Origin: an uncultured Candidatus Saccharibacteria bacterium
Lineage (GTDB): Bacteria; Patescibacteriota; Minisyncoccia; Portnoybacterales; UBA2143
Assembly (NCBI GenBank): GCA_964403725.1
Contig: CAYOHI010000005.1
Span: 3,368-67,367, forward strand
Reading direction: 5' to 3'
DNA: 64,000 bases
Numbering within the stretch: the stretch's first letter is position 1; each line of letters starts with the position of its first letter. Under the pieces are notes generated by a model. The model was given only the letters and a program-made list of their open reading frames with translations. It was not told the DNA's origin and ran no database searches. The translations under genes and the position numbers were made by a program. Positions 20,101 through 30,684 of the stretch are shown here, piece after piece.

Positions 20101-21407
20101 ATCTCTCGATCATTAAGTATCTCATCTCGCTCCTTAAGCAATCTTTCTAATTCTTCTTTTTCCTCTTCGCTTAAATTTATTTCTGGCTCTGGTTCTTTTT
20201 CTGTTTTAGATTCTGCAGATTCTTCTTGCTGCTCTGGTTCATCTTGTCTTCCTATAAAGGATTCCATTTGACCACCTACTCTTTCATCCCTTTCTTGTTG
20301 AGTTGCATATTTCTTTAATTCTTCGCCCAGTTCTTCGGATTTATCCCTTGGCGGGGTCTCTCTTTCTATGAAAGATTCCATGAGCTTTCCTTTTTTAGTT
20401 TCTGGATTTACATATTCTGGTTCTTTGTATTCCTCTTTTCCTTGTTGAGTTTCGTTTCCTTCTGATGTTTTACTTAGTTGCCTCGCCTCCCACTCTTTTT
20501 TAGCTTTTTTATAGAAAAATTCTTCATTTCTATACTGATCAGTATTCTCTAATCCTCTTTCTTCCATTCGCTTCATAGCAGCTTTATGATTGATCATATT
20601 TTCTAAATCTTTGTTTCCGAATACCTCTTCAGATGTTAATCCTTCTTCCTGCATTGCTTTGTAGATGTATTTTGCACGACCTTCTTTTTTTGGCTCGGGT
20701 TCTTTGGGTTCAGGTTCAGGGGTTGGTTTCTCTTCAGGATTATCTGATGCAGATTCCAAAAGATCATCTACTTCTTTTTGCGAGGTTAAATCTTCTTCAG
20801 GAGTTGGTTTTAGAGATTCCGGTTCCTCTTTTGGCTGTTCTGTTGCTTTGCCTTCTATTCTATTAAAAACTTGGTCTACATTATCTCTCGCTTGCTCTAT
20901 TTTTTCTTCTTTGCCTGGTTCGACGATATCATCGTCAGTTAATTCGATAATATCATTATCTTGCTCTATTGATTCTACTCCTCTTTCTTGTTCTGTTTTT
21001 TCCTTATTTTCTGGATTAACAACATCAGTTAATTCAATTATATCATCGTCGTCTGCTTGTTCCTGTTTTACTTTCATTCTTTCCTTGGCTTCTTTGGCAT
21101 GAGCTATTCTTTCTTTCTTTTCTTTTTCTGTTGCTTTTTGTTTTTGTATTTCTCTCCTTCTTTCTTTTACTTTTCTCATGACGTTTTCATCAGCTTCTTT
21201 AGCTGATTTTACTATCTTTGGTCCTTTTTCAGTATCAGGATCATCTACAACATCAGTTAATTCAATTATTTCCTCTTGTTCTGCTGGTTTAGCAGCTTCT
21301 TGTTTTCCTTGATCGCTAAAAATACTAGCCATTGATTCACTGGCTCCTTCTAAAAGCTCTTCTTCAGTGATCGTTTCTGGTTTGTTTGTATTGGGTTTCT
21401 CTATCAT
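17126..21407 (-). pseudogene. Large charged/coiled-coil protein (~1,424 aa if intact), split into ORFs 19662..21407 and 17126..19600 by a frameshift
   Basis: Removing one CCAAAAA unit (or one base) at 19691-19710 fuses the frames: ...EDLKNQK-LLGRFWRSISKKYQIVKLEKKTANEIKEGG-MEV... Confidence 0.75.
19691..19710. repeat. 7-bp tandem repeat (TTTTTGG x ~2.9) at the frameshift site
   Basis: tttttgg tttttgg tttttg. Confidence 0.85.
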
Positions 21408-21420
21408 TGTGTGATTGGGA

Positions 21421-22230
21421 TTAGATATTTTTCTTTAATTCACTTTCAAATATATTTTTAGCAATAATCTGTATTGAATAGTCATCAAGACCTTGATATC
21501 TATCAACCTTTTTAGTCTTGGAAAGTATTCCTTCATACGCTTCTATTAATCTTGGTCTTAATCTTTTGTCTACAGAAGGATATTTCTCCAGCACATCATC
21601 GACACATTCCTCTGTTGATGATTCTATTTCTTCTTCTTTTGATCTTAGATTATCAACCAATAGCCCAGCAAGAGTCACGCCTCGTTCTTCTATTCGATAT
21701 ACCCTTAAAAGTTTGATTGCTTCTGCTAATTCATCTCCACTCATCCTGTCTTTGTTTTCGATATAGTGATTCATGATATCTTTGATTACCTCTCCAAGCT
21801 TTCCATCTTGATTCTCTATATATCTTAAATTCTCTAAAAGACCTAAATAGTCTACCTGGCCTTCTGGTTTACTTAACTCTCGTCTTGCTAAATCAACAGC
21901 CTTATCAGAATTTGTTTTGTCAAAATTATACATCTTATTGATAACTTTAACAAAATCACCTGCTTCCTCGTATATGGCAGCAGCTTTTTTTATTAACTCA
22001 TTTTTCTTTTCTTTATCCTCAGGTTCAGGAAAAAATCCATACTTATCCCTTGCTTCACTTAAAATATTTTTAGCTTCTTCTTTTAATTCTTCTTTTTTTT
22101 CTTCTGTTAACTTAGTCTCCTGATTTTCTGGAGTACTGCCTAATCGATCGCCAATACGCACTTGTCCTACCCTAGGTTCTTTACTAGGTCTATTTTCCAC
22201 TTCATCTTGTTTTTCTAATTTTTCAGCCAT
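21421..22230 (-). CDS. Hypothetical charged helical protein
   Basis: 269-aa Glu/Lys-rich ORF, 13 bp from the next gene. Confidence 0.75.
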   Translation of the reverse strand: MAEKLEKQDEVENRPSKEPRVGQVRIGDRLGSTPENQETKLTEEKKEELKEEAKNILSEARDKYGFFPEPEDKEKKNELIKKAAAIYEEAGDFVKVINKMYNFDKTNSDKAVDLARRELSKPEGQVDYLGLLENLRYIENQDGKLGEVIKDIMNHYIENKDRMSGDELAEAIKLLRVYRIEERGVTLAGLLVDNLRSKEEEIESSTEECVDDVLEKYPSVDKRLRPRLIEAYEGILSKTKKVDRYQGLDDYSIQIIAKNIFESELKKNI

Positions 22231-22272
22231 ACTAATATTTTAACATTTATTCAACAAAAAGTCATCCCCAGA

Positions 22273-23700
22273 TTAATCATATGTATACTCATCAACCTTT
22301 AATCCATTTTGATCATAGAGAATGACGGTATCAGAGACATTAGAAAAGGCATCTCTTGATGTCCTTCCCAAGAAAGCCCTCCATTCATCTTCATAGAAAT
22401 CAGGATCAAGGCTGTAGTCTGAGTAGCAACTGTCATAATTAAAATTCTGATTAAGAAAAGATGTACATTGACTGTCTCCACTAATATCTAAATTACCTGC
22501 ATAGTCTGGCAATTCACACCTATCCAAGTCATCAATAAATTCCTTACAATGATCTTTAAAATCACTATATTCAGAAGAATCAATCACTGGACAGTTATTA
22601 TCCAAAGATGGAACAAAATCACCTTGATCTAAATAGCCGGTACACTTGTTAGTTAAAAGGTTAACCCCTACTGGACTTAGACCAGCTGTAATTATTAACT
22701 CATCATCAGGCGCCAGTTCAATGACAACGCTATACGTACTATTAAAAGGAGCTTCTAGTTTCTTGACGGCTTGAGGGATATCTAATTCGCCCAATTTGGT
22801 CTGGATTGTCCAGCCGGCCAAATTAATATTCTGATCACTCTCATTTTCTAGGATAATATGGTCATCCTTAAAATTAAATTGCTCATATTCAATATCCTTA
22901 ATTTCAACTTTTTGGTAATATGGCGAAACGCCAATCTGAAAATTGCGACTGGCTGGGGTTGAATCATAGTATCCTTCTTTGTTTTTGGCTCTGACAAAGA
23001 ATGTATAGCTATTACCAACTTCATCTGACAAGTCATATGATTCAGTATAGCTTGAGCCTTGATTTTTCCACCCGTTATCAATCCCTTTTAAATATGTCTC
23101 GAAAGTTAAGTCAGTTACCAGGCCTATTGGATTTGTACCTGAATATCTGAATTCAATATCACCTGTATCCAAGACTTCTCCTTCACTAGGGCCATCAGTG
23201 ATGAATGTATCAGGGTATCGATTCGGCTCGTTTGAAGTTAGGTTTTCACCTGTTGAAAAACTTTTCAAATCGTTATCACTGACATTTAAGACGTATTTCC
23301 AGCCAAAATCATTATTAAAAAACACTTCTAAGCTCGGAATCCAGCGCTTCTTGCCTAGTTCTATTAAATATACTTCTGGACCTGTTCCTTTCATCAAGGT
23401 TCCGTCTGGATAATCACCCCAACTGCTCCAGTCACTGTCTTGTGGATGATTCTGGATAATCAAATCAGAATACGTCTTGATATTCTCCCACTTGAAATTG
23501 AATTTGTTAAAAATTTCGATACTAGGAATCCAATGCCTTGTTCCTGTTTCCAAGACATATACTTCCGGCCCGCTTCCTTTAACCAAATCTAGCCTTGGCA
23601 GGTATGATTCAGAAGCTTTTGTTTCAACCAAAAAGAAGCCAGTCTGAGAAACCAGCCCCAATACAATCAAGATTACTATGAAAGAAAATATTTTCCACAT
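22273..23700 (-). CDS. Secreted/surface protein with two repeat modules, Ig-like region and lamin-tail-like domain
   Basis: Signal peptide (MWKIFSF...); L.KG.GPEVY..E.G...WIPS.E.F occurs twice; LENESDQNINLAGWTI...DTVILYDQNGLKVD. Confidence 0.7.
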   Translation of the reverse strand: MWKIFSFIVILIVLGLVSQTGFFLVETKASESYLPRLDLVKGSGPEVYVLETGTRHWIPSIEIFNKFNFKWENIKTYSDLIIQNHPQDSDWSSWGDYPDGTLMKGTGPEVYLIELGKKRWIPSLEVFFNNDFGWKYVLNVSDNDLKSFSTGENLTSNEPNRYPDTFITDGPSEGEVLDTGDIEFRYSGTNPIGLVTDLTFETYLKGIDNGWKNQGSSYTESYDLSDEVGNSYTFFVRAKNKEGYYDSTPASRNFQIGVSPYYQKVEIKDIEYEQFNFKDDHIILENESDQNINLAGWTIQTKLGELDIPQAVKKLEAPFNSTYSVVIELAPDDELIITAGLSPVGVNLLTNKCTGYLDQGDFVPSLDNNCPVIDSSEYSDFKDHCKEFIDDLDRCELPDYAGNLDISGDSQCTSFLNQNFNYDSCYSDYSLDPDFYEDEWRAFLGRTSRDAFSNVSDTVILYDQNGLKVDEYTYD

Positions 23701-23764
23701 GTCCTTAATGGTAGTATACCCCATTTTATGGTAGAATTGAAGTGGATAAATTAAAAATTAAAAT

Positions 23765-25633
23765 ATGAACAAAATCACGACAAATATCATTACTGCCGGT
23801 CTGTTAGCTTTCATGCTCGGATTGGCTTTTTTTAGTATCCTAGGAGATGCTAATACCATGGATGAACTAGCCCATACTCCTGCAGGTTACTCATACATCG
23901 TCAAACAGGACATGCGCTTGAATCCGGAACACCCGCCCTTGCTGAAAGACATGGCCGGGTTGTCTGTCTGGCTTGGTTCTAAGATAACTGATACCCCGAT
24001 TACCTTTCCTGAACAGGATCACTCTTGGCAGAGCGATAAGAATGGACAATGGGAATTTGGCCGAGAATTGCTTTTCAGAAACGGCAATGACGCGGATATG
24101 ATAATTGCCTGGGCCCGCCTGCCAATGATGCTGATTATGATCATTTTGGGATTTTACGTATTCAAATGGGCTCGCGAACTTTATGGAAACAAAGCTGGGC
24201 TTATTGCGCTTTTCCTTTATTCATTCTCACCTACTTTCTTGGCCCATGGAAGACTGGTCACCACTGATGTTGGCGCTGCCGCTGCTTTTTTCATAGCCAT
24301 CTACTATTTGATCAAATGGCTCCAGAATCAGAATTGGAAGAATCTGTTCTTAGCCGGATTCGTCTTCGGTCTGGCCTTGCTGACTAAATTCTCTTTAGCT
24401 CTCCTGATTCCATATTTCATAATCATTACCCTGTTCTGGATGATAATTAACAGAGCCTGGAAGCCGATGTTCGGCCTAGCTCTGATTGGCATACTGTCTA
24501 TGGTTTTGGTTTATCCAGTCTATCTTTTCCATACTTGGAATCTGCCTATGGAGCGTCAAATTGCCGATGCCGAACACTATTTAGCGACTTACGGAAACAG
24601 GAAACTGGCTGATCCGACTCTTTGGATGAATACTCAAGAAGTTCTCCGTCCTTACGGTCAATTCTTTACCGGATTGCTGATGGTTATCCAGCGCGCCTCG
24701 GGCGGCAACACGACATATTTCTTGGGAGAAATATCAAGAGTTGCCTGGCCTCACTATTTCCCTCTGGTATTTTTGTTAAAAGTTCCTTTGGCTCTGCTTG
24801 CCTTGATGCTTATCGCCATAGCCTATCCTTTTGTCAAACCCAAAGTTAAGAAATCTAAATCGTTTGATATTCCTAAAACAAAAGAACAGAGCTTGTTCAA
24901 GAGAATTTCTGATTGGCTTAATAGATATTTTGTTGAAATATCCTTAATTCTTTTCTTAGGCATCTATTGGTACACCAGCATTACAAGCAATTTGAATATT
25001 GGAGTCAGACATGTCTTGCCGGTCTTCCCTGTCTTCTATGTCTTGATCAGCGGCCAGATCAGCAGATGGCTGAGGATGTCGCCTGGCCCGATACTTGAAA
25101 GAATCAAGCTATCGCCTAAGAAAATATTGGTTTCAGTCAAGATGGTTGCTAAAGATTACACTGTTTTAGTCTTCAAGTATTTAATCCTGATAGCACTGCT
25201 TGGCTGGTATGGATTCAGCGCAATCAACGTATATCCGCATTTCATAACATACTTTAATGAATCTGTTGGCGGTCCTAGTCAGGGATATCTGTACGTGACC
25301 GATTCTAATCTGGACTGGGGTCAGGATCTTAAAAGACTGACTGCTTTTGTCGAAGAGAATGGAATTGAGAATATATATATCGATTACTTTGGCGGTGATG
25401 ATCCGCGTTACAGATTGGATGAAAAATTCATGATTACCCCCTGGTGGGGCACCCGAAGTTCAGAAGAGCTGCCTAAAGGAAGCTGGCTGGCCATTTCAGC
25501 GACATTCCTGCAAGGCGGGCGCGGCGAACCGGTTCCGGAATACCATGACCCGACAGGATTCTATAACTGGCTGAATAAGTATGAGCCAGTGACAGTTATT
25601 GGCGATTCGATTTTCGTTTACCATATTCAATAG
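23765..25633 (+). CDS. ArnT/PMT-like GT-C glycosyltransferase
   Basis: TMDELAH, NPEHPPLLK, LAHGRLVTTD, LNIGVRH and DSNLDWGQDL motifs; many TM helices. Confidence 0.88.
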   Translation: MNKITTNIITAGLLAFMLGLAFFSILGDANTMDELAHTPAGYSYIVKQDMRLNPEHPPLLKDMAGLSVWLGSKITDTPITFPEQDHSWQSDKNGQWEFGRELLFRNGNDADMIIAWARLPMMLIMIILGFYVFKWARELYGNKAGLIALFLYSFSPTFLAHGRLVTTDVGAAAAFFIAIYYLIKWLQNQNWKNLFLAGFVFGLALLTKFSLALLIPYFIIITLFWMIINRAWKPMFGLALIGILSMVLVYPVYLFHTWNLPMERQIADAEHYLATYGNRKLADPTLWMNTQEVLRPYGQFFTGLLMVIQRASGGNTTYFLGEISRVAWPHYFPLVFLLKVPLALLALMLIAIAYPFVKPKVKKSKSFDIPKTKEQSLFKRISDWLNRYFVEISLILFLGIYWYTSITSNLNIGVRHVLPVFPVFYVLISGQISRWLRMSPGPILERIKLSPKKILVSVKMVAKDYTVLVFKYLILIALLGWYGFSAINVYPHFITYFNESVGGPSQGYLYVTDSNLDWGQDLKRLTAFVEENGIENIYIDYFGGDDPRYRLDEKFMITPWWGTRSSEELPKGSWLAISATFLQGGRGEPVPEYHDPTGFYNWLNKYEPVTVIGDSIFVYHIQ

Positions 25634-25914
25634 AAAAAGTTCATGAAAGCAAAAACCCGCTGACTCTTCGAGTAGCGGGTTTTTTGATGACAAGTGGCTT
25701 TGGAAGTTAAGCAACAGCTGGCGATCCATCGGCCTTCGCATCCCATGCACTTAACCTTGTTTTCAACAACGTTGTTGTCGCCATTTCCGCCGGGTATGAA
25801 TCTGCTTTGCGGCACTGCCTTGCCTGTACGAGCATTGCAGTCCTGACAGAAATAGATACTTTCACCTGTTTCAATGTTAACCGGGTCTTCAAACGATCCT
25901 ATCTGTCCACTCAT
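25627..25914 (-). CDS. Small Cys-rich hypothetical protein
   Basis: SD AAGGGGG; CQDC and CMGC motifs; the 3' end reads through the terminator, so the stop is uncertain. Confidence 0.5.
   Translation of the reverse strand: MSGQIGSFEDPVNIETGESIYFCQDCNARTGKAVPQSRFIPGGNGDNNVVENKVKCMGCEGRWIASCCLTSKATCHQKTRYSKSQRVFAFMNFFY
25651..25685. terminator. Bidirectional intrinsic terminator
   Basis: aaaaacccgct-gactc-ttc-gagt-agcgggttttt. Confidence 0.8.
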
Positions 25915-25961
25915 AGGACACCCCCTTGTTTAGAGAAACATCATATTACCCTTGTCACTTG

Positions 25962-26846
25962 TTACTTGTAATATACCCTACCTTCTATCCTTAAGTCAAA
26001 GTATCCGATAGAATTCAGTGATTCTTTGACTTCCTTATCAATGACTAATCTCAAGGATTCAAGCTGTGATTCTATCGAATAGACAGGGTTGAAATATATT
26101 TGCCATCCTTTGGCCGTGGTCGCTCTTAGATCTTCTAAGGACACCACTTCAAAGTCCACCACTTCAGGCAAATATCTTTTTGTCTCATTTAAATATATTT
26201 CAGGCATCTTTTCCTTGATGCTTAAAATTGATCCTATCATATCCTCTGACATGACCTTGTCCCTGATTCCAATAGGGCTTTTAGTTCCATAGACATTCAG
26301 GATCAGGCTGCCGGAAATTAAAGGTGCATCTTGAAAGATGATCCCTTCGGGATCGAAATAGAAGCATTTCTTAATATCTTTTTCTATCCTAGTCACTTCT
26401 TCAGTAGTGGTGGCTAGATTTTCGTCTTCAACTATTAATTCAAAAGTTTTTTCTCTTTTTTCAATCTGGCACCAGACACCGATATTCTCTCTTTCTTCAA
26501 TCCTAATATTCAGAATATTGGGCAATTGGCGAGAAACCGTTACATCTCTGATTTCTGGATATTCATTTAAGATATTGTCCTTGATTTGATTGACTGGCAA
26601 TACGAATATGCTTTTCTGCGGGATGTTCTTCCAATTTGAATCTTCTATCGTATTCTGCGACATCTCTTTAATTTCCTGAATGTATGAGATATCGCCTTCA
26701 ACGCCGACGCTTTCTACCCAGAAATATGGATGCCAGATAATGAAGTATGTCAAAACTCCTAACAAACAAAAAAACAGCCCTGTCAAAACATATTTCAACA
26801 GGGATGTTTTCTTACGATGTTTGTATTGATTTCTTCTAATAGCCAT
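25962..26846 (-). CDS. FtsQ/DivIB-like POTRA domain protein
   Basis: Basic N-tail, TM helix, YPEIRDVTVSRQLPNILNIRIEER and YFDLRIEGRVYYK. Confidence 0.85.
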   Translation of the reverse strand: MAIRRNQYKHRKKTSLLKYVLTGLFFCLLGVLTYFIIWHPYFWVESVGVEGDISYIQEIKEMSQNTIEDSNWKNIPQKSIFVLPVNQIKDNILNEYPEIRDVTVSRQLPNILNIRIEERENIGVWCQIEKREKTFELIVEDENLATTTEEVTRIEKDIKKCFYFDPEGIIFQDAPLISGSLILNVYGTKSPIGIRDKVMSEDMIGSILSIKEKMPEIYLNETKRYLPEVVDFEVVSLEDLRATTAKGWQIYFNPVYSIESQLESLRLVIDKEVKESLNSIGYFDLRIEGRVYYK

Positions 26847-26879
26847 GTTAATTTAAAGAAAAAATGAAGAAAGGAGGAA

Positions 26880-27104
26880 ATGATGGAATGCCAATGCGGC
26901 AAGCCCAAGCTGGAAAAGATGAACATCAGAGTGCTTCTTCCTATAGAAGTATTCCAAGTCTCTGATAAGGCCTTTGACGTCAGAATACCTGTCACTTTAG
27001 TATTCTGCAAGAACTGCCGAAGAACGACTCTCGCTTTCCCGAAAGAAAGCCTGGTCTCTCTTCCGCCCATTATCACCCATTCCATAGGAGAACTGTTTCA
27101 ATGA
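26880..27104 (+). CDS. Small Zn-ribbon-like hypothetical protein
   Basis: SD AAGGAGG; CQCG and CKNC motifs; hairpin agaccgc/gcggtct at 27104-27126. Confidence 0.65.
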   Translation: MMECQCGKPKLEKMNIRVLLPIEVFQVSDKAFDVRIPVTLVFCKNCRRTTLAFPKESLVSLPPIITHSIGELFQ

Positions 27105-27132
27105 GACCGCGCCAAAGGTGCGGTCTTAAGCT

Positions 27133-28362
27133 TTAACCGATCTTTTTCATTCCGCCCATGTATTCCCTCAATGCTTTAGGAATCTTGACGCTTCCGTCTT
27201 TCTGCTGGTAGTTTTCAATAATGGAGATGAGGATACGGCCGATGGCAAAGGCAGTTCCGTTCAAGGTATGGACAAGCTTTACTCCATCCTTATCCTTGTA
27301 TCTAGTATTCAATCTGCGTGACTGGTAATCAGTACAGTTGCTGGTCGAATGGGTCTCTCTGTATGTATTCTGGCCAGGCATCCAGGTTTCAATATCATAA
27401 GTTGAAGCTGAAGATGTTGAAATATCTCCGGTTGCCAGATGGACAACCTGATACGGCAGCTTTAACATCTTCATTAATTTTTCCTGCATAGCTAGAAGCA
27501 ACTCGTGCTCTTTTGGAGAATCTTCTGGCTTGCAGAAGGTGAACATTTCAATCTTATCAAATTGATGAACTCTCAGAATACCTCTGGTATCTTTGCCGTA
27601 TGCTCCAGCTTCGCGACGGAAACAGGTGGAAAAGCCGAAATATCTCTTAGGCAGATCCTTTTCATTAAACGTTTCATCTATATGCATAGCTCCGATTGAC
27701 TGTTCTGAAGTTCCTACTAGATAGAGATCGTCTTTTGCCAGATGATAGACCTCCTCACTATCAGATTTCTTATCCAAAAACCCCATGGCAGCCATAGCTT
27801 TGCCAGTAAGCATTACTGGCGGGACAACTGGCGTAAATCCTTCTTTGACTAAGACAGTTGATGCTAATTGGATCAAAGCAAATTCTAACATAGCTGCCTC
27901 GCCTTTAAGGTATCCGAATCTGGAGCCCGAGGCCCTAGCTGCTCTTTTGACGTCGATAATATCTAATTCCTCAGCAATATCCAGATAGTCTTTGGGCCCA
28001 AAACTGAATTTAGTCTTTTCGCCTTCTTGTCTCAATACCTTATTAGCGCTTTCATCTTTACCTACTGGAACATTTTCTAGTGGCATATTGGGAATGAGCT
28101 TCATTATTCCTTTGAATTCATCCTGTAGCTTATCTAATTCAGGCTCTAATTCCTTAATTTTCTTTTTTAATTCTTTGGCTTTGTCTCTGTCTTCTTTACC
28201 CAGTTTGTTCTGTTCTGCTTTTAGGCTTTCTGTTTCTTGTAATAGCTTTCTTTTCTGCTTGTCAATTTCTAGCAAACGATCAATATCGCAATGAACATTT
28301 TTCTTCTGGCATCCCTTTTTGATTTCATCGGGGTTTTCCCGAATATATTTAATATCTAACAT
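27133..28362 (-). CDS. serS: Serine--tRNA ligase
   Basis: MLDIKYIREN, GTSE, FRREAG, RVHQFDK, SNCTDYQSRRL and HTLNGT motifs. Confidence 0.98.
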   Translation of the reverse strand: MLDIKYIRENPDEIKKGCQKKNVHCDIDRLLEIDKQKRKLLQETESLKAEQNKLGKEDRDKAKELKKKIKELEPELDKLQDEFKGIMKLIPNMPLENVPVGKDESANKVLRQEGEKTKFSFGPKDYLDIAEELDIIDVKRAARASGSRFGYLKGEAAMLEFALIQLASTVLVKEGFTPVVPPVMLTGKAMAAMGFLDKKSDSEEVYHLAKDDLYLVGTSEQSIGAMHIDETFNEKDLPKRYFGFSTCFRREAGAYGKDTRGILRVHQFDKIEMFTFCKPEDSPKEHELLLAMQEKLMKMLKLPYQVVHLATGDISTSSASTYDIETWMPGQNTYRETHSTSNCTDYQSRRLNTRYKDKDGVKLVHTLNGTAFAIGRILISIIENYQQKDGSVKIPKALREYMGGMKKIG

Positions 28363-28382
28363 GTTTTTATCCTTTTTTAATT

Positions 28383-28682
28383 TTAATTGACTTCCAGTCC
28401 GTTGCTTTCATCTTCTTTGTCTTCGGTCTGGGAAACGCACCAGTCAATGCATTCCTCTGAATTTTTATCCTGTCCCTTCATACAGTCAATATGGCAAGAA
28501 GATTTAATAATCGGACTCTCATTGTTTTCGATATTAATTTGTTCGTTGTTTGATGGCAGATTTATGGATCCACCACCTGAATTTGATGAATAGAAAGAAT
28601 AGGCCATAAAGCCGGCTCCTGCAAAAGTACCTAGAACGACAAACCAGACAATCAAGCTCAATTTTGCAAAACCTTTGCTCAT
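28383..28682 (-). CDS. Small membrane-anchored protein with pilin-like N-terminus and four Cys
   Basis: MSKGF followed by a hydrophobic stretch; CHIDC...CIDWC. Confidence 0.6.
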   Translation of the reverse strand: MSKGFAKLSLIVWFVVLGTFAGAGFMAYSFYSSNSGGGSINLPSNNEQINIENNESPIIKSSCHIDCMKGQDKNSEECIDWCVSQTEDKEDESNGLEVN

Positions 28683-29236
28683 AGACCTAATTCATCGCTA
28701 ATTTCCTGCATGGCCTTTAGGCCGATTTCAACAAATTCTTCCAGGGTCAGATCGATATCGGAACACTTAGCGATAATTTCTCTATTAGCCCCGCGGGCAA
28801 AATGGTTGTCTTTAAATCTCTTTAAAACTGATTCTGCTTTCAGATCAGTTAGCTTCTTGCTTGGCAGGACCAAAGTTGCTGCAACGATCAAGCCCGTCAA
28901 AGGATCAGCGCAATAGATTGATTTTTCCAGTTTTGTTTCTCTTTTCTTGCCAGTTTCTTCATTGTGCGCTTTGACTGCTTCAATGATGACTGGATCTACT
29001 CCTTCTTTTTCCAGCATTTCAGCAGCAATCAATCCGTGCTTTGACGGATCTTCGCGATAGTCATGGATTTCCATATCCAGATCATGGATCAGTCCGGCCA
29101 GAGCCCAGACTACCTCGTCTTCATTGAACTTGCGGGCCAAAGCCTTCATTATGGCTTCGGTAGCCAGCATATGCTTGACACTATTGCTATTCTTTACGTG
29201 GCTATGGATTAAATTTAAGGCTTGTTCCCTATTCAT
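28679..29236 (-). CDS. HD (HDIG) domain phosphohydrolase
   Basis: KHMLA, GLIHDLD, KHG, AHN and CADPLTG motifs. Confidence 0.9.
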   Translation of the reverse strand: MNREQALNLIHSHVKNSNSVKHMLATEAIMKALARKFNEDEVVWALAGLIHDLDMEIHDYREDPSKHGLIAAEMLEKEGVDPVIIEAVKAHNEETGKKRETKLEKSIYCADPLTGLIVAATLVLPSKKLTDLKAESVLKRFKDNHFARGANREIIAKCSDIDLTLEEFVEIGLKAMQEISDELGL

Positions 29237-30683
29237 TGTTTTTAGGTTTCATTAATGGGAATATTTGGCATTCTCTTACCGGCTTATTAGCCAAAAAACT
29301 GAAGACTCTTTCTGACATGCCAAAGCCGCAAGTCGGCGGCATGCCGTATTCCAAAGCCTCGACAAAATCCTTGTCATTCATCTGGGCTTCCTCATCGCCG
29401 CTTTCCCTCATTTTTTGCTGTTCGGCAAATCTTTCTGCCTGGTCTATAGGGTCATTCAATTCGCTGTATCCATTGCCTAATTCGCTGCCAGCGATAATCG
29501 GATGGAAGCGCTGGGTGATTTCAGGGTTCTTGTCATCTTTTTTAGCTAATGGAGAAACAGCTAAAGGAACATTGACCAGGAAGCCAGGTCCGGCAATCTG
29601 CTTGCGGCAGTATTTCCAAAGATTATCCACTGCTCTTGTCTTGTTGAATCCCTTCTTGTCATATTCGACTCCCAATTCTTTCAATTTGCTTTCAATTTCC
29701 TTAATATCTGCCTTAAGGATGTCTACTTTGGTCATTTTCTTGACTGTTTCTACATAATCATACCTCTCCCATTTCTTATCCAGGTCAATATTGAAATCTC
29801 TAATCTTAAATTCAAGGGTACCAAAGGTTTCTTTGGCTACTTTTTTAAACAGTTCTTCAACCAGATCCATTCCCTGATTATAGTCTGCGTAAGCCCAGTA
29901 GAATTCCATCTGGGAATAATCCTGCAGGTGTTCTGCATCCATGCCTTCGTTCCTGAATTGCCTACCGATTTCAAAGGTTTTTTCAAAGCCAGCTACCATC
30001 AATCTCTTTTGCCATAGCTCACCCATGGAAATCCTTAAGAATATTTCCATATCCAAGGCATTGTGATGGGTTACGAACGGCTTGGCATCGGCTCCGCCAG
30101 TAGTCACTTCCAGAACTGGTGTCTCTACTTCTATGAATTCCTTATCAAGCATGAAATTGCGGATGCTATTCCAGAATTTTGCCTTTTTGATGAATAGGTC
30201 TTTGATTTCCGGATTAAAAAGGATATCCAGATATCTTTTTCTTAATTTCTCTTCTTCATCCTTTATTCCATGGAATTTCTCCGGCAAGGGAGAGATGCTT
30301 TTGGTCAGCATCTTGTATTCTTTTGCCAAAAGCGTCTTTTCTTCCTTTTTAGTTACAAAAAGATTTCCTTTTATCTCAATGAAGTCTCCAATATCGAAAT
30401 TGTCTTGGAAGAATTTGTATTCCTTATCCCCTAGTTCGTCTTTTTTGAAATATGCCTGGAATTTAGCTGTGCCATCCTCGATATGGACGAAGCAGGATCC
30501 GCCATGGCCCCGGATGGTCCTCAGTCTTCCGACTAAAGTCATTTCTTGTCCATCTTTAAAATCATCTATTGCCTCTTGGCAAGTATGGGTCCTGTCAGTC
30601 GTGGCTGGATAGGGATTAATTCCGGATTTCTTAATCCTTTCGAGCTTCTCTATTCTATTTTGTTTGATTTCATCGATAGCCAT
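29229..30683 (-). CDS. lysS: Lysine--tRNA ligase (class II)
   Basis: EVETPVL, GGADAKPF, FRNEG, ELGNGYSELNDP and YGMPPT motifs. Confidence 0.98.
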   Translation of the reverse strand: MAIDEIKQNRIEKLERIKKSGINPYPATTDRTHTCQEAIDDFKDGQEMTLVGRLRTIRGHGGSCFVHIEDGTAKFQAYFKKDELGDKEYKFFQDNFDIGDFIEIKGNLFVTKKEEKTLLAKEYKMLTKSISPLPEKFHGIKDEEEKLRKRYLDILFNPEIKDLFIKKAKFWNSIRNFMLDKEFIEVETPVLEVTTGGADAKPFVTHHNALDMEIFLRISMGELWQKRLMVAGFEKTFEIGRQFRNEGMDAEHLQDYSQMEFYWAYADYNQGMDLVEELFKKVAKETFGTLEFKIRDFNIDLDKKWERYDYVETVKKMTKVDILKADIKEIESKLKELGVEYDKKGFNKTRAVDNLWKYCRKQIAGPGFLVNVPLAVSPLAKKDDKNPEITQRFHPIIAGSELGNGYSELNDPIDQAERFAEQQKMRESGDEEAQMNDKDFVEALEYGMPPTCGFGMSERVFSFLANKPVRECQIFPLMKPKNNE

Positions 30684-30684
30684 A

